Shown one piece after another: positions 27,569 through 36,668 of a DNA stretch of 63,105 bases; within the stretch, counting starts at the first letter, position 1; each line of letters starts with the position of its first letter. The translations under genes and the position numbers were made by a program. The notes beneath the pieces are model-generated. The model was not told where the DNA came from. It worked only from the letters and a program-made list of their open reading frames with translations, and ran no database searches. This DNA is from a bacterium. GTDB taxonomy: Bacteria; Sysuimicrobiota; Sysuimicrobiia; Sysuimicrobiales; Kaftiobacteriaceae. The stretch spans positions 1 through 63,105 of the forward strand of contig DASWFZ010000008.1 in the NCBI GenBank assembly GCA_036393975.1. Reading direction: 5' to 3'.

Positions 27569-27713
27569 CCAGAGTTTCCCCCAGCCGTTAAGCGAAGTAA
27601 GTCCGCGAGAAACCGGAAGCAAATTCCCTTAGATTGTCTTATTGGGTAGATGCGAGGTCTAGTGGTGAGCGGCGCAGGCGTGAATCTGCGACCCTCACGC
27701 GGGCGAATCCGTC

Positions 27714-28004
27714 TCAGTGCACCGCATGCTCGACCCGGCCCGCCAACGCGAGATCGTTCTCTGTGATGGCTTTCTCGCTATGCGTCATGAGTGTCAAAGT
27801 CACCTTGTTCCACCCGAAGACCAGGATGTCGGGGTGATGATTGGCCTCCTCGGCTAGCTCCGCCACAGCATTGACGAATCGCATCGCATCTTTAAAGTCG
27901 CGCCGCGTGAAGGTCTTGCGGATCCCGGCCGGCGTGACCTCCCACCCGGGCAAGTCCTTAAGACGAATACGAACCTCCGCGTCGCTGATCTTGGCCACTC
28001 CCAC
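27714..28004 (-). CDS. Pterin-4-alpha-carbinolamine dehydratase (PCD/DCoH)
   Basis: LPGWEV...FVNAVAELAEEANHHPDILVFGWNKVTLTLMTH. Confidence 0.85.
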   Translation of the reverse strand: MGVAKISDAEVRIRLKDLPGWEVTPAGIRKTFTRRDFKDAMRFVNAVAELAEEANHHPDILVFGWNKVTLTLMTHSEKAITENDLALAGRVEHAVH

Positions 28005-28039
28005 CAATCCTCCCCTCGCTCCTGGAGCCGGGCCCCCGT

Positions 28040-29470
28040 CTACCGCGCCGACTGCTTGACCTCGGTTCCCGACCCCTGAATCTGCCCTCTGTAGTTCTTG
28101 GCGGCGTTAACAAATCGTTCGGCCATCACCGGATGGGACGCAAAGTGTACATGCGCGTACGACGCAAACACATTCGGCGTGCAAATGCCATCTTTCCCCT
28201 CCGCGAGCCCGCGCCCGCCCACCGAGGTCAGGCCAAACTCCACTGGACCGAGGGGGGTGGTCGTGGAAAAGTGGAACTCGTGGCCGCGAACCGTTTCTCC
28301 TTTACGCAGCAACACGCTGTCAGTTGTCGCGGTCAGAGTGACGTACCCTAGCGCCGCTAGGCGCGGCTGCATCCGGGTCATGAGGGGGAGGGCCCCGACC
28401 ATGGGATGTTCCCGCCCAGCCTCATCCACCAGCGTCTGCGCCAAGTACATCATGCCGCCACACTCTGCGTACACCGGCATCCCTGAGGCCACAGCCTCTT
28501 TCACCTGCTCCCGCACCCGCACATTTTCGGCGAGTTTCCTCGCGTAGATTTCGGGAAATCCCCCTCCCATGTACAAACCGTGCACGGGGGGCAGGTCGTG
28601 ATCATGCAGCGGGCTGAAGGGGACGATGCGCGCACCGCGCGACTCCAAGAGGTCCAGTGCATCCTCGTAGTAGAACGAAAAAGCTTCGTCGCGCGCCACG
28701 CCCAGGGCGACCTGTTGAGCGACCGACATCGGGGGGAAAATCTGAGGGCCGGGGACCACTAAGGGCAGGGCCAACCCGGCGGTACGCACCAGCGCCGCGA
28801 CGTCAACGTGCTCTTCCACCGCATCAGCCAACGCGTCAATGGCCTCCCGGGCAGAGTGCTCGGCGGCCGGCACCAAGCCGAGGTGCCGCTCCGGGAGTTT
28901 CAGCCGATCATCCCACGGGAGAACCCCTAGCAACGGTACTCCGGCAGTATCTAATGCATCGTGCAGCCACTGCTCGTGGCGGCCCCCGCCGACGCGGTTG
29001 GCGATCACCCCCGCAAGCGTGACCTCAGGATCAAAACTCACAAACCCTAGGGCGACGGCTGCGGCACTACGGACTGATCCCGCCACATCGAGGACCAATA
29101 CGACCGGCGCGCGCAGGAGCTTGGCGACCTCCGCGGTCGAACCTGCCTCACTCCGCCCATCCACGCCGTCGTAGAGACCCATCATGCCTTCAATCACCGC
29201 CACATCCGCTCCGTCCGCGTCGCGCGCAAACAGTTCGACGACGGTCGCGGGGGGGAGCAGCCATGCATCGAGATTGCGGGCGAGGCGGCCCGGCTGTTCC
29301 GCTGCCGTGACGGCGGCGGTCTGCCATTCGGGATCGATAAAATCGGGGCCGACCTTAAACGGCTGCACAACCATGCCGCGGCGCTGCAGCGCGCGCAGCA
29401 GACCAAGCGTGACTGTGGTCTTGCCGGCTCCACTGTGCGTGCCGGCGATAACGATTCGAGGAACGCGCAT
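28040..29470 (-). CDS. cbiA: Cobyrinate (or related tetrapyrrole) a,c-diamide synthase
   Basis: MRVPRIVIAGTHSGAGKTTVTLGLLRAL, FKVGPDFIDP and a C-terminal GATase block with YAECGGMMYL. Confidence 0.85.
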   Translation of the reverse strand: MRVPRIVIAGTHSGAGKTTVTLGLLRALQRRGMVVQPFKVGPDFIDPEWQTAAVTAAEQPGRLARNLDAWLLPPATVVELFARDADGADVAVIEGMMGLYDGVDGRSEAGSTAEVAKLLRAPVVLVLDVAGSVRSAAAVALGFVSFDPEVTLAGVIANRVGGGRHEQWLHDALDTAGVPLLGVLPWDDRLKLPERHLGLVPAAEHSAREAIDALADAVEEHVDVAALVRTAGLALPLVVPGPQIFPPMSVAQQVALGVARDEAFSFYYEDALDLLESRGARIVPFSPLHDHDLPPVHGLYMGGGFPEIYARKLAENVRVREQVKEAVASGMPVYAECGGMMYLAQTLVDEAGREHPMVGALPLMTRMQPRLAALGYVTLTATTDSVLLRKGETVRGHEFHFSTTTPLGPVEFGLTSVGGRGLAEGKDGICTPNVFASYAHVHFASHPVMAERFVNAAKNYRGQIQGSGTEVKQSAR

Positions 29471-29510
29471 AGGATCTGCGAGGATGTTCGACGATCCAAC
29501 CGCAGTACCC

Positions 29511-29553
29511 TTGACCTCTCGCAAGCCCCATGCTACGCTCGCGGTGGTATAGC
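29511..29553 (+). promoter_or_regulatory. Candidate plus-strand promoter elements
   Basis: TTGACC (29511-16)-17 nt-TACGCT (29534-39), and an extended -10 TGGTATAGC (29545-53). The latter is nearly self-complementary (TGGTATAGCCA). Confidence 0.35.
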
Positions 29554-29592
29554 CATCTAAAGATGGCGACAACGGAAGGAGGTGAGCCGACG

Positions 29593-29640
29593 ATGTGTAG
29601 TACGGTCCCGGCCCACCAGATAGGATTGTTGTTCGGGTAA
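29593..29640 (+). CDS. Candidate leader micro-ORF, MCSTVPAHQIGLLFG
   Basis: AAGGAGGTG (29576-84) lies 8 nt upstream of ATG 29593. TAA at 29638-40. Confidence 0.3.
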   Translation: MCSTVPAHQIGLLFG

Positions 29641-29668
29641 GACGGATCGCCGTCTGTGCCTAACACCC

Positions 29669-29704
29669 AGCGTCCTGGCTTGTGGGCCGGGACGCTTTTC
29701 TTTT
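29669..29704 (+). terminator. Intrinsic terminator
   Basis: AGCGTCCTGGC (29669-79) pairs with GCCGGGACGCT (29686-96) with one G.U pair, followed by TTTTCTTTTCC. Confidence 0.65.
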
Positions 29705-29843
29705 CCCCGACCGAGTTTGACTGACTCGGTTCCGACCGGGGCATGGTAAGGGCGAGATCCCGCAGCGCACCCCCCTGAACAGGGCCAGGTACTTCTCGGT
29801 CCCGGGGAGGTGCAGCTTGGAGTAGAGGACGTGCCCGGGTCGG

Positions 29844-31295
29844 ATGAGTTACTGCCTCACCAGAGTCCAGTGCGCCATTCTGCCGATGCTTGTCGGCGCT
29901 CTCACGGCAAGCGCGGCTCCCCTCCCCGCCGCGGAGGTTAACGGAGCCCGCGTTATGACCATTGCCTGGGAGGCGGATGCTCAGATTGGCAAAGTGGTCA
30001 TCCGCCTTGACGCGCCAGTCACCTACCGTACGATGGCCTCGCCCACCAGTATCCTGGTGGACCTCTGGCAGGCTCGCTTGGGCGAATGGCAATCGCAGAC
30101 GGTGGTGCATCCGTTCGTCCAGGGAGTCCGCGTCAACCAACTAACCCCAGACGTCGCCCGCATCCAGATTGACCTTCGCCGGCCAGCCCGGTACAAGACC
30201 TACATGACCACAGAACCGTCCACGGTGACCGTGGTCATCATTCCTCCGGAGCTGGCAACCGCTCCCTTGCCGCGGAGCGTAGCGTACGAAGCGCTCCGAG
30301 CCCACACCCGAGCGGGCACAACTGGGGTGCACCTGCTGCGCATCAACCCCGACGATCCGGAGCTCGAGATCCGGCCCGTGCTGGCCGTCGATATGGTCTC
30401 CGGGACGGAAACGACGAGTACGATCGCCACACGGCACGAGGCTGTTGCGGCCGTGAACGGCGGCTACTTCGGTGGTCCGGCCATGCCGTTGGGTCTGGTG
30501 GTCATCAATGGCGAGCTCGTGTCCCTCCCGCTTCCTCGGCGCTCCGTCCTGGCATTCCCGCAGGCGGGGACGCCGGTGATTCGCGATTTCCAATTTGCCG
30601 GACGCGTCTACGTGCAGAAAGATCAGTGGGCTCCCATCACGGGTGTGAACAGTCTGCCCCAACCCGGAGGGGTAACAGTCTTCATGCCGCAGTACGGGCC
30701 CCTGACCCCGCCCGTCGCGTTGGGCGCGGTCGTGCGGCGCGACATCGTGGAACGCGTGCCGTCCGGACGCATCCTCATCCCCCGCGATGGATACGTCCTC
30801 ACCGCCTGCGAGGGCGACACCGAATTTCTGGGGCACCTGCGCCCCGGGCAGCGCCTGGCCCTCTCGCTCGATCTCGATCCCGACCTCCACGTGGTGAATG
30901 CATTGGGAGGAGGCCCCCGGCTAGTAAAACGCGGTCGAGCGTTCGTTCCGTTTGCATGGGAGTCGTTCTCGTCGCCGTTGACCTGGCGTCGGGCGGCGCG
31001 CACGGCGGTCGGTATCACCGCGTTGGGCAAACTACTGCTGGTGACGGTGGACGGGGGAAGTCGTCAGAATCCGGGGATGACCTTGCCCGAGATGGGCGAC
31101 CTGATGGTGAGCTTGGGAGCCCAGGACGCCATGAATTTGGATGGCGGCGGCTCCGCAACAATGGTCGTCGGAGGCCGTATCGTCAATGCGCCGTCTGACG
31201 GCTTTGAGCGGATGGTCGCTTCTGCCCTCGTCGTGCTCCGGCGACCTGTGGAATCCGACCGGGTGGTGAAAATCCCGTCGTGGGCTGCCCCCTAA
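29844..31295 (+). CDS. Secreted AMIN-domain / phosphodiester glycosidase (NAGPA, DUF2233) family protein
   Basis: Signal-like AILPMLVGALTASAA. AMIN-like block VVIRLDAPVTY...ILVDL...ARIQIDL. C-terminal GGGPRLV...RTAVGITALGKLLLVTVDG...AMNLDGGGSATMVV. Confidence 0.75.
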   Translation: MSYCLTRVQCAILPMLVGALTASAAPLPAAEVNGARVMTIAWEADAQIGKVVIRLDAPVTYRTMASPTSILVDLWQARLGEWQSQTVVHPFVQGVRVNQLTPDVARIQIDLRRPARYKTYMTTEPSTVTVVIIPPELATAPLPRSVAYEALRAHTRAGTTGVHLLRINPDDPELEIRPVLAVDMVSGTETTSTIATRHEAVAAVNGGYFGGPAMPLGLVVINGELVSLPLPRRSVLAFPQAGTPVIRDFQFAGRVYVQKDQWAPITGVNSLPQPGGVTVFMPQYGPLTPPVALGAVVRRDIVERVPSGRILIPRDGYVLTACEGDTEFLGHLRPGQRLALSLDLDPDLHVVNALGGGPRLVKRGRAFVPFAWESFSSPLTWRRAARTAVGITALGKLLLVTVDGGSRQNPGMTLPEMGDLMVSLGAQDAMNLDGGGSATMVVGGRIVNAPSDGFERMVASALVVLRRPVESDRVVKIPSWAAP

Positions 31296-31320
31296 GACGG
31301 GTTAGGTGTCCGTCGCAGGC

Positions 31321-33666
31321 TTAGCGCTTGACCACTCCTGCAGTTTCGGGCAGGGCCGCATCCACGGGGATGGTTGTGCGCCGACTGATGGTCACCGCAG
31401 TCACCACCAGCGCCAGTGCCACCCCAATGACACTAAACCGCACGGCGTCGGGCAATGGCCGGATCACGACCGGGGCGATCAGAATCGCCACGAGGTTCAT
31501 GACCTTGATCACCGGGTTGAGGGCCGGGCCAGCGGTATCCTTGAGGGGGTCCCCCACCGTGTCGCCGATGACCGCAGCCTTGTGGGCGTCTGTTCCTTTG
31601 CCACCGAGGTAGCCGTCTTCAATCTTCTTCTTCGCGTTGTCCCACGCCCCGCCCGTATTGGCCATGAACACCGCCAGCAGCTGCGCGGTCAGGATTGCCC
31701 CGGCCAAGTACGCCCCAAGTGGCGCGGCACCTAAGGCAAAACCCACTAGGATCGGCACACTAATTGCGATGATCCCCGGACCGAGGAGTTCGCGCTGCGC
31801 CGCGCGGGTCACGATGTCGACACACCGAGAGTAGTCGGGCCGGGCACGGCCTTCGAGCAGACCGGGAATCTCCCGGAACTGCCGGCGCACCTCTTCGACT
31901 ACCAAGAACGCCGACCGGCCAACCGCACGAATCAGAAACGCGGATATCAGAAACGGCACCGCGCCCCCGAGAAGTAACCCAATAAAGACAAGCGGCAGGT
32001 TGACCTGGATGCCAATGCGCGAGAGCATGGCCCCGGCCTGCTGCGCCCCGGTGGAGGCCAGCTCCTGCACCGTGGCGAACAGGCGCGCCTCGTCGATGAA
32101 GGACCGGAATAATGCAATGGCCGCGATGACGGCCGTGGCAATGGCAAACCCCTTGGTTAGCGCCTTGGTGGTGTTGCCGATCTGGTCGAGCCGAGCCACG
32201 ATGCGCCCCGCCTGAGACGTGCCGCGTTCCACGCCGGACATTTCAAAAATCCCGTTGGCATTGTCCACGATCGGGCCGAACGTGTCCATCGCGAGGATGT
32301 ACCCGGTGGTCGTCAGGAGACCCAAACCGGTCAGAGCAATCCCGTAGGCGGCAAGCGCGACGGATCCGCCAAAGATGGCGTAGGATGCCCCCAGCGTGAC
32401 GGCGATGGCGAGGATCGCCCACACAGAGCTCTCCAGCCCCGTGCCCAGGCCTGTGAGTAGCATGGTGGCAGCGCCTGTCTTGGTCGCATATGCGATCTCC
32501 GTAACGGGACCGCGATCCGGATGCGTGAACTGCTCGGTAAGCCACGCGATCACGAGCGCCAGCAGTATCCCGGTCAGCGTGGCGAAGAAGAACCGAAAGT
32601 CCGGCGCGCCGGTCGCGGGATCGCGCAGGTAGAATACGTTGACGAGGCCAAAGCCGATGACGGAAGCGATCGCCGCCGTGTAGAAGCCCACGTTAATGGG
32701 CCGCATCGGATCGCTGCGTTCCTCATCCCGACCGCGGACGACCCAGGTGCCGATCATCGAGGCGAAGACGCCGATGGCCCGGACCAGCAGAGGGAAAATG
32801 ATCAGTTTCAGCGCGAAAGCCCCGGCGCCGACCGCTCCGCCGTAGCGCGCCACGAAGGCCGGGTCGAGAAGCGTCGCGGCGCCCAGGATAATGGCGGCGA
32901 CCAGCGTCACCTCATAACTCTCAAACACGTCCGCGGCCATCCCGGCGCAATCTCCCACGTTGTCGCCAACGTTATCGGCGATGACGGCGGCATTGCGCGG
33001 ATCATCTTCCGGGATGCCTACCTCGACCTTCCCCACCAGATCCGCTCCGACGTCGGCGGCCTTGGTGTAAATGCCCCCGCCCACCCGCATGAACGCGGCC
33101 ACGAGGGATCCCCCGAAGCCAAAACCGACCAGTACACGCATCGCGTTTTCGCGGAACAACATGAACATGATCGTCGCCCCGAGCAGCCCTAATCCCACCG
33201 TAAACATCCCGGAGACCGTGCCGGCCTGGAAGGCGATGTGCAGCGCCTCCGGGTAGCTGCGTCGTGCCGCATTCGCCGTGCGAACGTTGCCGCGCACAGC
33301 GGAGGTCATGCCGACAAACCCTGCGCCATACGAAGCGAAGCAGCCGAGCAGAAACGCCACGGCAATGCCGATCGCTAGCACGGGGTGGTCCGCGTAGATC
33401 GGGCGGTAGAGCAAATACAGTCCGACGGTGACTGCGACGATGAGCACCAACATCGTCCGGAGCTGCCGCCACAAGTACGCCATGGCGCCTTCCTGGATGG
33501 CGGCGGCCACAGCCGTCATCGACGGCGGCCCTGGATCGCGGCTGTTCACTCGGGAACGCAAATAGAAGCCGTAGACGAGAGCGACGACGCTGCTGGCGAG
33601 CACGATCCACAGCAACGTCGTCTCTAGTGGGCCAAACTGCGGTAGTGTCGAGGATGCCTCGCTCAT
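31321..33666 (-). CDS. hppA: Membrane-bound pyrophosphate-energised H+/Na+ pump
   Basis: GGGIYTKAADVGADLVGKVE, DNVGDNVGDCAGMAADVFESY, GGAWDNAKK and IGDTVGDPLKDTAGPALN. Confidence 0.92.
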   Translation of the reverse strand: MSEASSTLPQFGPLETTLLWIVLASSVVALVYGFYLRSRVNSRDPGPPSMTAVAAAIQEGAMAYLWRQLRTMLVLIVAVTVGLYLLYRPIYADHPVLAIGIAVAFLLGCFASYGAGFVGMTSAVRGNVRTANAARRSYPEALHIAFQAGTVSGMFTVGLGLLGATIMFMLFRENAMRVLVGFGFGGSLVAAFMRVGGGIYTKAADVGADLVGKVEVGIPEDDPRNAAVIADNVGDNVGDCAGMAADVFESYEVTLVAAIILGAATLLDPAFVARYGGAVGAGAFALKLIIFPLLVRAIGVFASMIGTWVVRGRDEERSDPMRPINVGFYTAAIASVIGFGLVNVFYLRDPATGAPDFRFFFATLTGILLALVIAWLTEQFTHPDRGPVTEIAYATKTGAATMLLTGLGTGLESSVWAILAIAVTLGASYAIFGGSVALAAYGIALTGLGLLTTTGYILAMDTFGPIVDNANGIFEMSGVERGTSQAGRIVARLDQIGNTTKALTKGFAIATAVIAAIALFRSFIDEARLFATVQELASTGAQQAGAMLSRIGIQVNLPLVFIGLLLGGAVPFLISAFLIRAVGRSAFLVVEEVRRQFREIPGLLEGRARPDYSRCVDIVTRAAQRELLGPGIIAISVPILVGFALGAAPLGAYLAGAILTAQLLAVFMANTGGAWDNAKKKIEDGYLGGKGTDAHKAAVIGDTVGDPLKDTAGPALNPVIKVMNLVAILIAPVVIRPLPDAVRFSVIGVALALVVTAVTISRRTTIPVDAALPETAGVVKR

Positions 33667-33742
33667 CGCTCCCCCTGTCCAATCTGCTGTCGCGGCCCTA
33701 TCGCGTGGCGCAATCTCTCTTCATTATCATATGAGTCCGGCA

Positions 33743-34363
33743 TCAGGAGCCAGAAGGGGACACGCGCCGGGCGTCTTTTTCGGCGCCGTCGTTCGCAGGC
33801 CCCCGGGTGTTGAACCGGTTCATGGCAACTTGCAGCCCCTCGCGCAGCAGAGTCTCGACGGCGTCCGCAGCACGGTCTAGCGCGGCCTGCATCGGGGCGT
33901 CTTCGTCGTCGCGGAAGGGCGTGAGCACAAATTCGGCAGGATCGACGCCGGATGGGGGCCGACCGATCCCCACACGCAATCGCGGAAAATCGTCGCGGCC
34001 CAGGGCCTCAATGATGGACCGCAGGCCGTTGTGCCCGCCGTGGCTGCCCCCACCCCGTAGGCGCAGCCGCCCCAACGGCAGATCGAGATCGTCTGCGATC
34101 ACCAGAAGGCCTTCAATCTTCACGCGGTGCCGCCGCAGCAGATCCGCGACCGCCACTCCGCTGCGGTTCACGTAGGTTTGCGGCTTGGCCAGGAGGATGC
34201 GGTGACGGCCGACCTTCGTACTCCCCACCCGGGCCCACCCGTCTTCCTGGTCCCCCGTCACCCCCCACCGACGCGCCATCCTATCGATGACGTCCCATCC
34301 CACATTGTGGCGGGTCCGTCGATAGGGGCGATCGGGGTTCCCGAGACCGACGATGAGTTTCAT
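33743..34363 (-). CDS. pth: Peptidyl-tRNA hydrolase
   Basis: MKLIVGLGNPDRPYRRTRHNVG and GGSHGGHNGLRSI. Confidence 0.9.
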   Translation of the reverse strand: MKLIVGLGNPDRPYRRTRHNVGWDVIDRMARRWGVTGDQEDGWARVGSTKVGRHRILLAKPQTYVNRSGVAVADLLRRHRVKIEGLLVIADDLDLPLGRLRLRGGGSHGGHNGLRSIIEALGRDDFPRLRVGIGRPPSGVDPAEFVLTPFRDDEDAPMQAALDRAADAVETLLREGLQVAMNRFNTRGPANDGAEKDARRVSPSGS

Positions 34364-34462
34364 CCGCACGGTCCCCAGTCAGCACGAAGCAGCAGGCAGA
34401 TCGCACCAGACAGCGTCATCGCTGCCTTTGCATCCTGCCTGCTGCCCCAGACAGCTGGCAGC

Positions 34463-35275
34463 CTATTCCTTTGAGCCTGTCTCTGGCTTCGCCTTTGTCC
34501 CTGCGTCTGGCTTCGCTTTCTGTCCTGCGTCTGACTTCGCCTTGGCCCCTGATGCCTCCGTCTTCGCCTTCTCAGGCGAAGCGGCAGACTTGGCCGCAGC
34601 AGGCTTGGCCTCGGCTGGCTTCGCTTCCGCCGCAGCTTCCGGCGCCCCCGCAGCTGAGGGGACTCCCGCCTCCGCGGGTGCCGCCACCGTCGTCGTCGTC
34701 GCTTCCTCGACCACCTTCGGAACCACGACGGTCGCGACGACTTCCTCCGGAGCGGTCACGACCGTAGCCTCCGCAGGGAGGACCAGGTCCCGAACGTGGA
34801 TCGCGTCGCCCACCCCTAACGCGTTGATGTTCACTTCAATGTGCTCGGGAATCTGCGTGGGCAGACACTTCACAACAACCTCACGGAGGTGCACCTCGAA
34901 GACGCCCCCGTCGGCGATCCCGGCCGCCTGACCGACGAAGGTGATGGGGACAGACGCTTCCAGGGGGCGGGTGAGATCGATGGCGTAGAAGTCGACGTGG
35001 GTGATGTCGCGTCGGAAGATGTCGCGCTGGAGTTCCTTCACGATGACCGTTTCGGCGCGACGGTCTCCGTTGCCGATGGCCAAGTCGATGAGGACGTTCC
35101 GCCCAGCCTGGGTATGTAGGACCGCCCCCAGTGCTTTAGCGTCCACTGCGACAGGCCGTGGCTCGCGCCCACGTCCGTACACAATCCCCGGAATCTGCCC
35201 GTCGTGGCGGAGTCTGCGGACCTGGTTTTTGCCCAGGCCCTCTCGCGTTTTTGCTTCTAGGGTGACCCGTTCCAT
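34463..35275 (-). CDS. ctc: Ribosomal protein bL25 / general stress protein Ctc, with a long Ala/Lys/Pro/Glu-rich C-terminal tail
   Basis: EAKTREGLGKNQVRRLRHDGQIPGIVYG. The tail is AAEAKPAEAKPAAAKSAASPEKAKTEASGAKAKSDAGQKAKPDAGTKAKPE. Confidence 0.9.
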   Translation of the reverse strand: MERVTLEAKTREGLGKNQVRRLRHDGQIPGIVYGRGREPRPVAVDAKALGAVLHTQAGRNVLIDLAIGNGDRRAETVIVKELQRDIFRRDITHVDFYAIDLTRPLEASVPITFVGQAAGIADGGVFEVHLREVVVKCLPTQIPEHIEVNINALGVGDAIHVRDLVLPAEATVVTAPEEVVATVVVPKVVEEATTTTVAAPAEAGVPSAAGAPEAAAEAKPAEAKPAAAKSAASPEKAKTEASGAKAKSDAGQKAKPDAGTKAKPETGSKE

Positions 35276-35401
35276 GCCGTCTCCAAACGAAAAAGCCGAC
35301 TCCTATCCGGCCGAAAGCCGAAGCGGATTATAGCATACCTACAGGAAACGGGAAATGCGCGGATTCCGTGAATGAAGCAAGACACCACTCGGTCCGAACG
35401 C

Positions 35402-35863
35402 CTACCCGCGGACACTCTCTTCTGCATAGCGGACCAAGTCGACGTCTGCCGTCGTGAGGAGGTCCAGCGAGAGCGCGTCCGGGTAGTCGCCTTCGAACAC
35501 AATCCGCTTGATCCCCACGTTGAGGAGAGTCTTCGCGCACGTTAGACACGGCAGATACGTGCAGTAGAGCGTCCCGGCGGCCACCGAGACCCCATGGTAG
35601 GCTGCCTGAATGACGCAGTTCATTTCGGCGTGAATGCACAGGCACGTGTCGTGGCCAGTACCCGAGGCGGCGTCTCCCGCACAGCGCGCACATCCCCCGT
35701 CACCGCAATTGCGCACCCCCCGAGGAGTGTCGTTATACCCGGTTGTGAGGACCATACGGTCTTTGACGATCACCGCGCCGACTCTGCGGCGTACGCACGT
35801 CGAGCGCGTTGATGCAAGGTGCGCCATGCGCATAAAATATGTATCCCACGAGGGTCTGCTCAT
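35402..35863 (-). CDS. dCMP deaminase (ComEB-type cytidine/deoxycytidylate deaminase)
   Basis: WDTYFMRMAHLASTRSTC, HAEMNCVIQAA and YLPCLTCAKTLL. Confidence 0.85.
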   Translation of the reverse strand: MSRPSWDTYFMRMAHLASTRSTCVRRRVGAVIVKDRMVLTTGYNDTPRGVRNCGDGGCARCAGDAASGTGHDTCLCIHAEMNCVIQAAYHGVSVAAGTLYCTYLPCLTCAKTLLNVGIKRIVFEGDYPDALSLDLLTTADVDLVRYAEESVRG

Positions 35864-35978
35864 GGGGAGACCGCCCTCCGGGCCTGGTTCCGCCGCACAG
35901 GCATCGCAGGTTCCCCTGCGTTCCTCCGCACTACTGTCATCAGATTCGTGAAGCTGATGACTCTGTCATCGCACTCCG

Positions 35979-36668
35979 CTACTTTGTCCCGAACAACCGG
36001 TCGCCCGCATCGCCGAGCCCGGGGACGATGTAGCCGTGCTCGTTGAGGTGACTATCCACGGCGGCGGTGTAGATTTCAATATCCGGATGGGCATCGTGTA
36101 CCTTCTTAATCCCCTCGGGCGCCGAAATAATGGTCATCACTTTGATCGTCTTGCATCCCCGCTGCTTGAGAGCGTCGATGCAGGCGACGATGGATCCCCC
36201 GGTCGCGAGCATGGGGTCCACGATCATCGCCTCGCGCTCCGCGATGTCCACGGGGAGCTTCGAGTAGTAGGTGACAGGTTCCAGGCTCTCGGGGTCCCGG
36301 TAGATACCGACATGCCCGACGCGAGCAGTGGGAATTAGTCGCGTGATCCCCACTTCCATCGCCAACCCGGCGCGCAGAATCGGGATGACCGCGATCTCCC
36401 GTCCGGCAATACTGCGACCTTTCGTCCGTGCCAGCGGGGTCTCGACCTCGATCTCCCGGGTCGGGTGGCTGCGGGTGACCTCAAACGCCATGAGCATGGC
36501 CAGCTCTTCGACCAGCTCGCGGAACTCTTTGTGGCCCGTGCGCTTGTCCCGGAGGATTGTCAATTTGTGCAGAATCAGGGGGTGGTCGAAGACGTAGAGC
36601 TTTCCGGTTGCTGCGGCGCCACCGCCGCGTGTTTGTCCCCCGGCGCGGGACGTCGGCCCTTTGCTCAT
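35979..36668 (-). CDS. upp: Uracil phosphoribosyltransferase (about 22-aa Gly/Arg-rich N-terminal extension)
   Basis: [27 protein letters not shown] and [11 protein letters not shown]. Confidence 0.9.
   Translation of the reverse strand: MSKGPTSRAGGQTRGGGAAATGKLYVFDHPLILHKLTILRDKRTGHKEFRELVEELAMLMAFEVTRSHPTREIEVETPLARTKGRSIAGREIAVIPILRAGLAMEVGITRLIPTARVGHVGIYRDPESLEPVTYYSKLPVDIAEREAMIVDPMLATGGSIVACIDALKQRGCKTIKVMTIISAPEGIKKVHDAHPDIEIYTAAVDSHLNEHGYIVPGLGDAGDRLFGTK

Larger units (their letters stand above)
29560..29704 (+). promoter_or_regulatory. Putative leader/attenuator RNA (or about 145-nt sRNA) containing a 15-codon ORF
   Basis: The order is SD, micro-ORF, small hairpin (29641-54), then intrinsic terminator. 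A 12-nt perfect alternative pairing joins 29605-16 and 29682-93. Confidence 0.4.

Noticed and set aside
27630-27712. A tRNA-like stretch (GGGTAGATGCGAGGTCTAGTGGTGAGCGG...GGGCGAATCCGTC) between convergent genes.
   Set aside because: It cannot be folded into a cloverleaf. The D, anticodon and T stems are not complementary, and there is no GGTTCGAATCC-type T-loop.
29571-29592. An SRP-RNA-like CGGAAGGAGGUGAGCC motif.
   Set aside because: The flanks cannot form the helix-8 hairpin around a GGAA tetraloop. The sequence is better explained as a Shine-Dalgarno element for the micro-ORF.
29471-29843. A cobalamin riboswitch on the minus strand upstream of cbiA.
   Set aside because: One would be expected from known biology. 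A weak B12-box-like AAGCCAGGACGCUGG and a GGAA-stem-loop are present. However, I could not find the conserved GGUGAAAAUCC / CCCGC-ACUGUAA core or a GCCACUG motif. The U-tract terminator is on the opposite strand. Only a covariance-model scan could rescue this call.
34463-34700. Imperfect tandem DNA repeats (GCTTCGCC / TCTGGCTTCGC units).
   Set aside because: They lie inside the ctc coding frame and encode the AKP/AEA-rich tail. This is not a CRISPR array or a non-coding repeat array.
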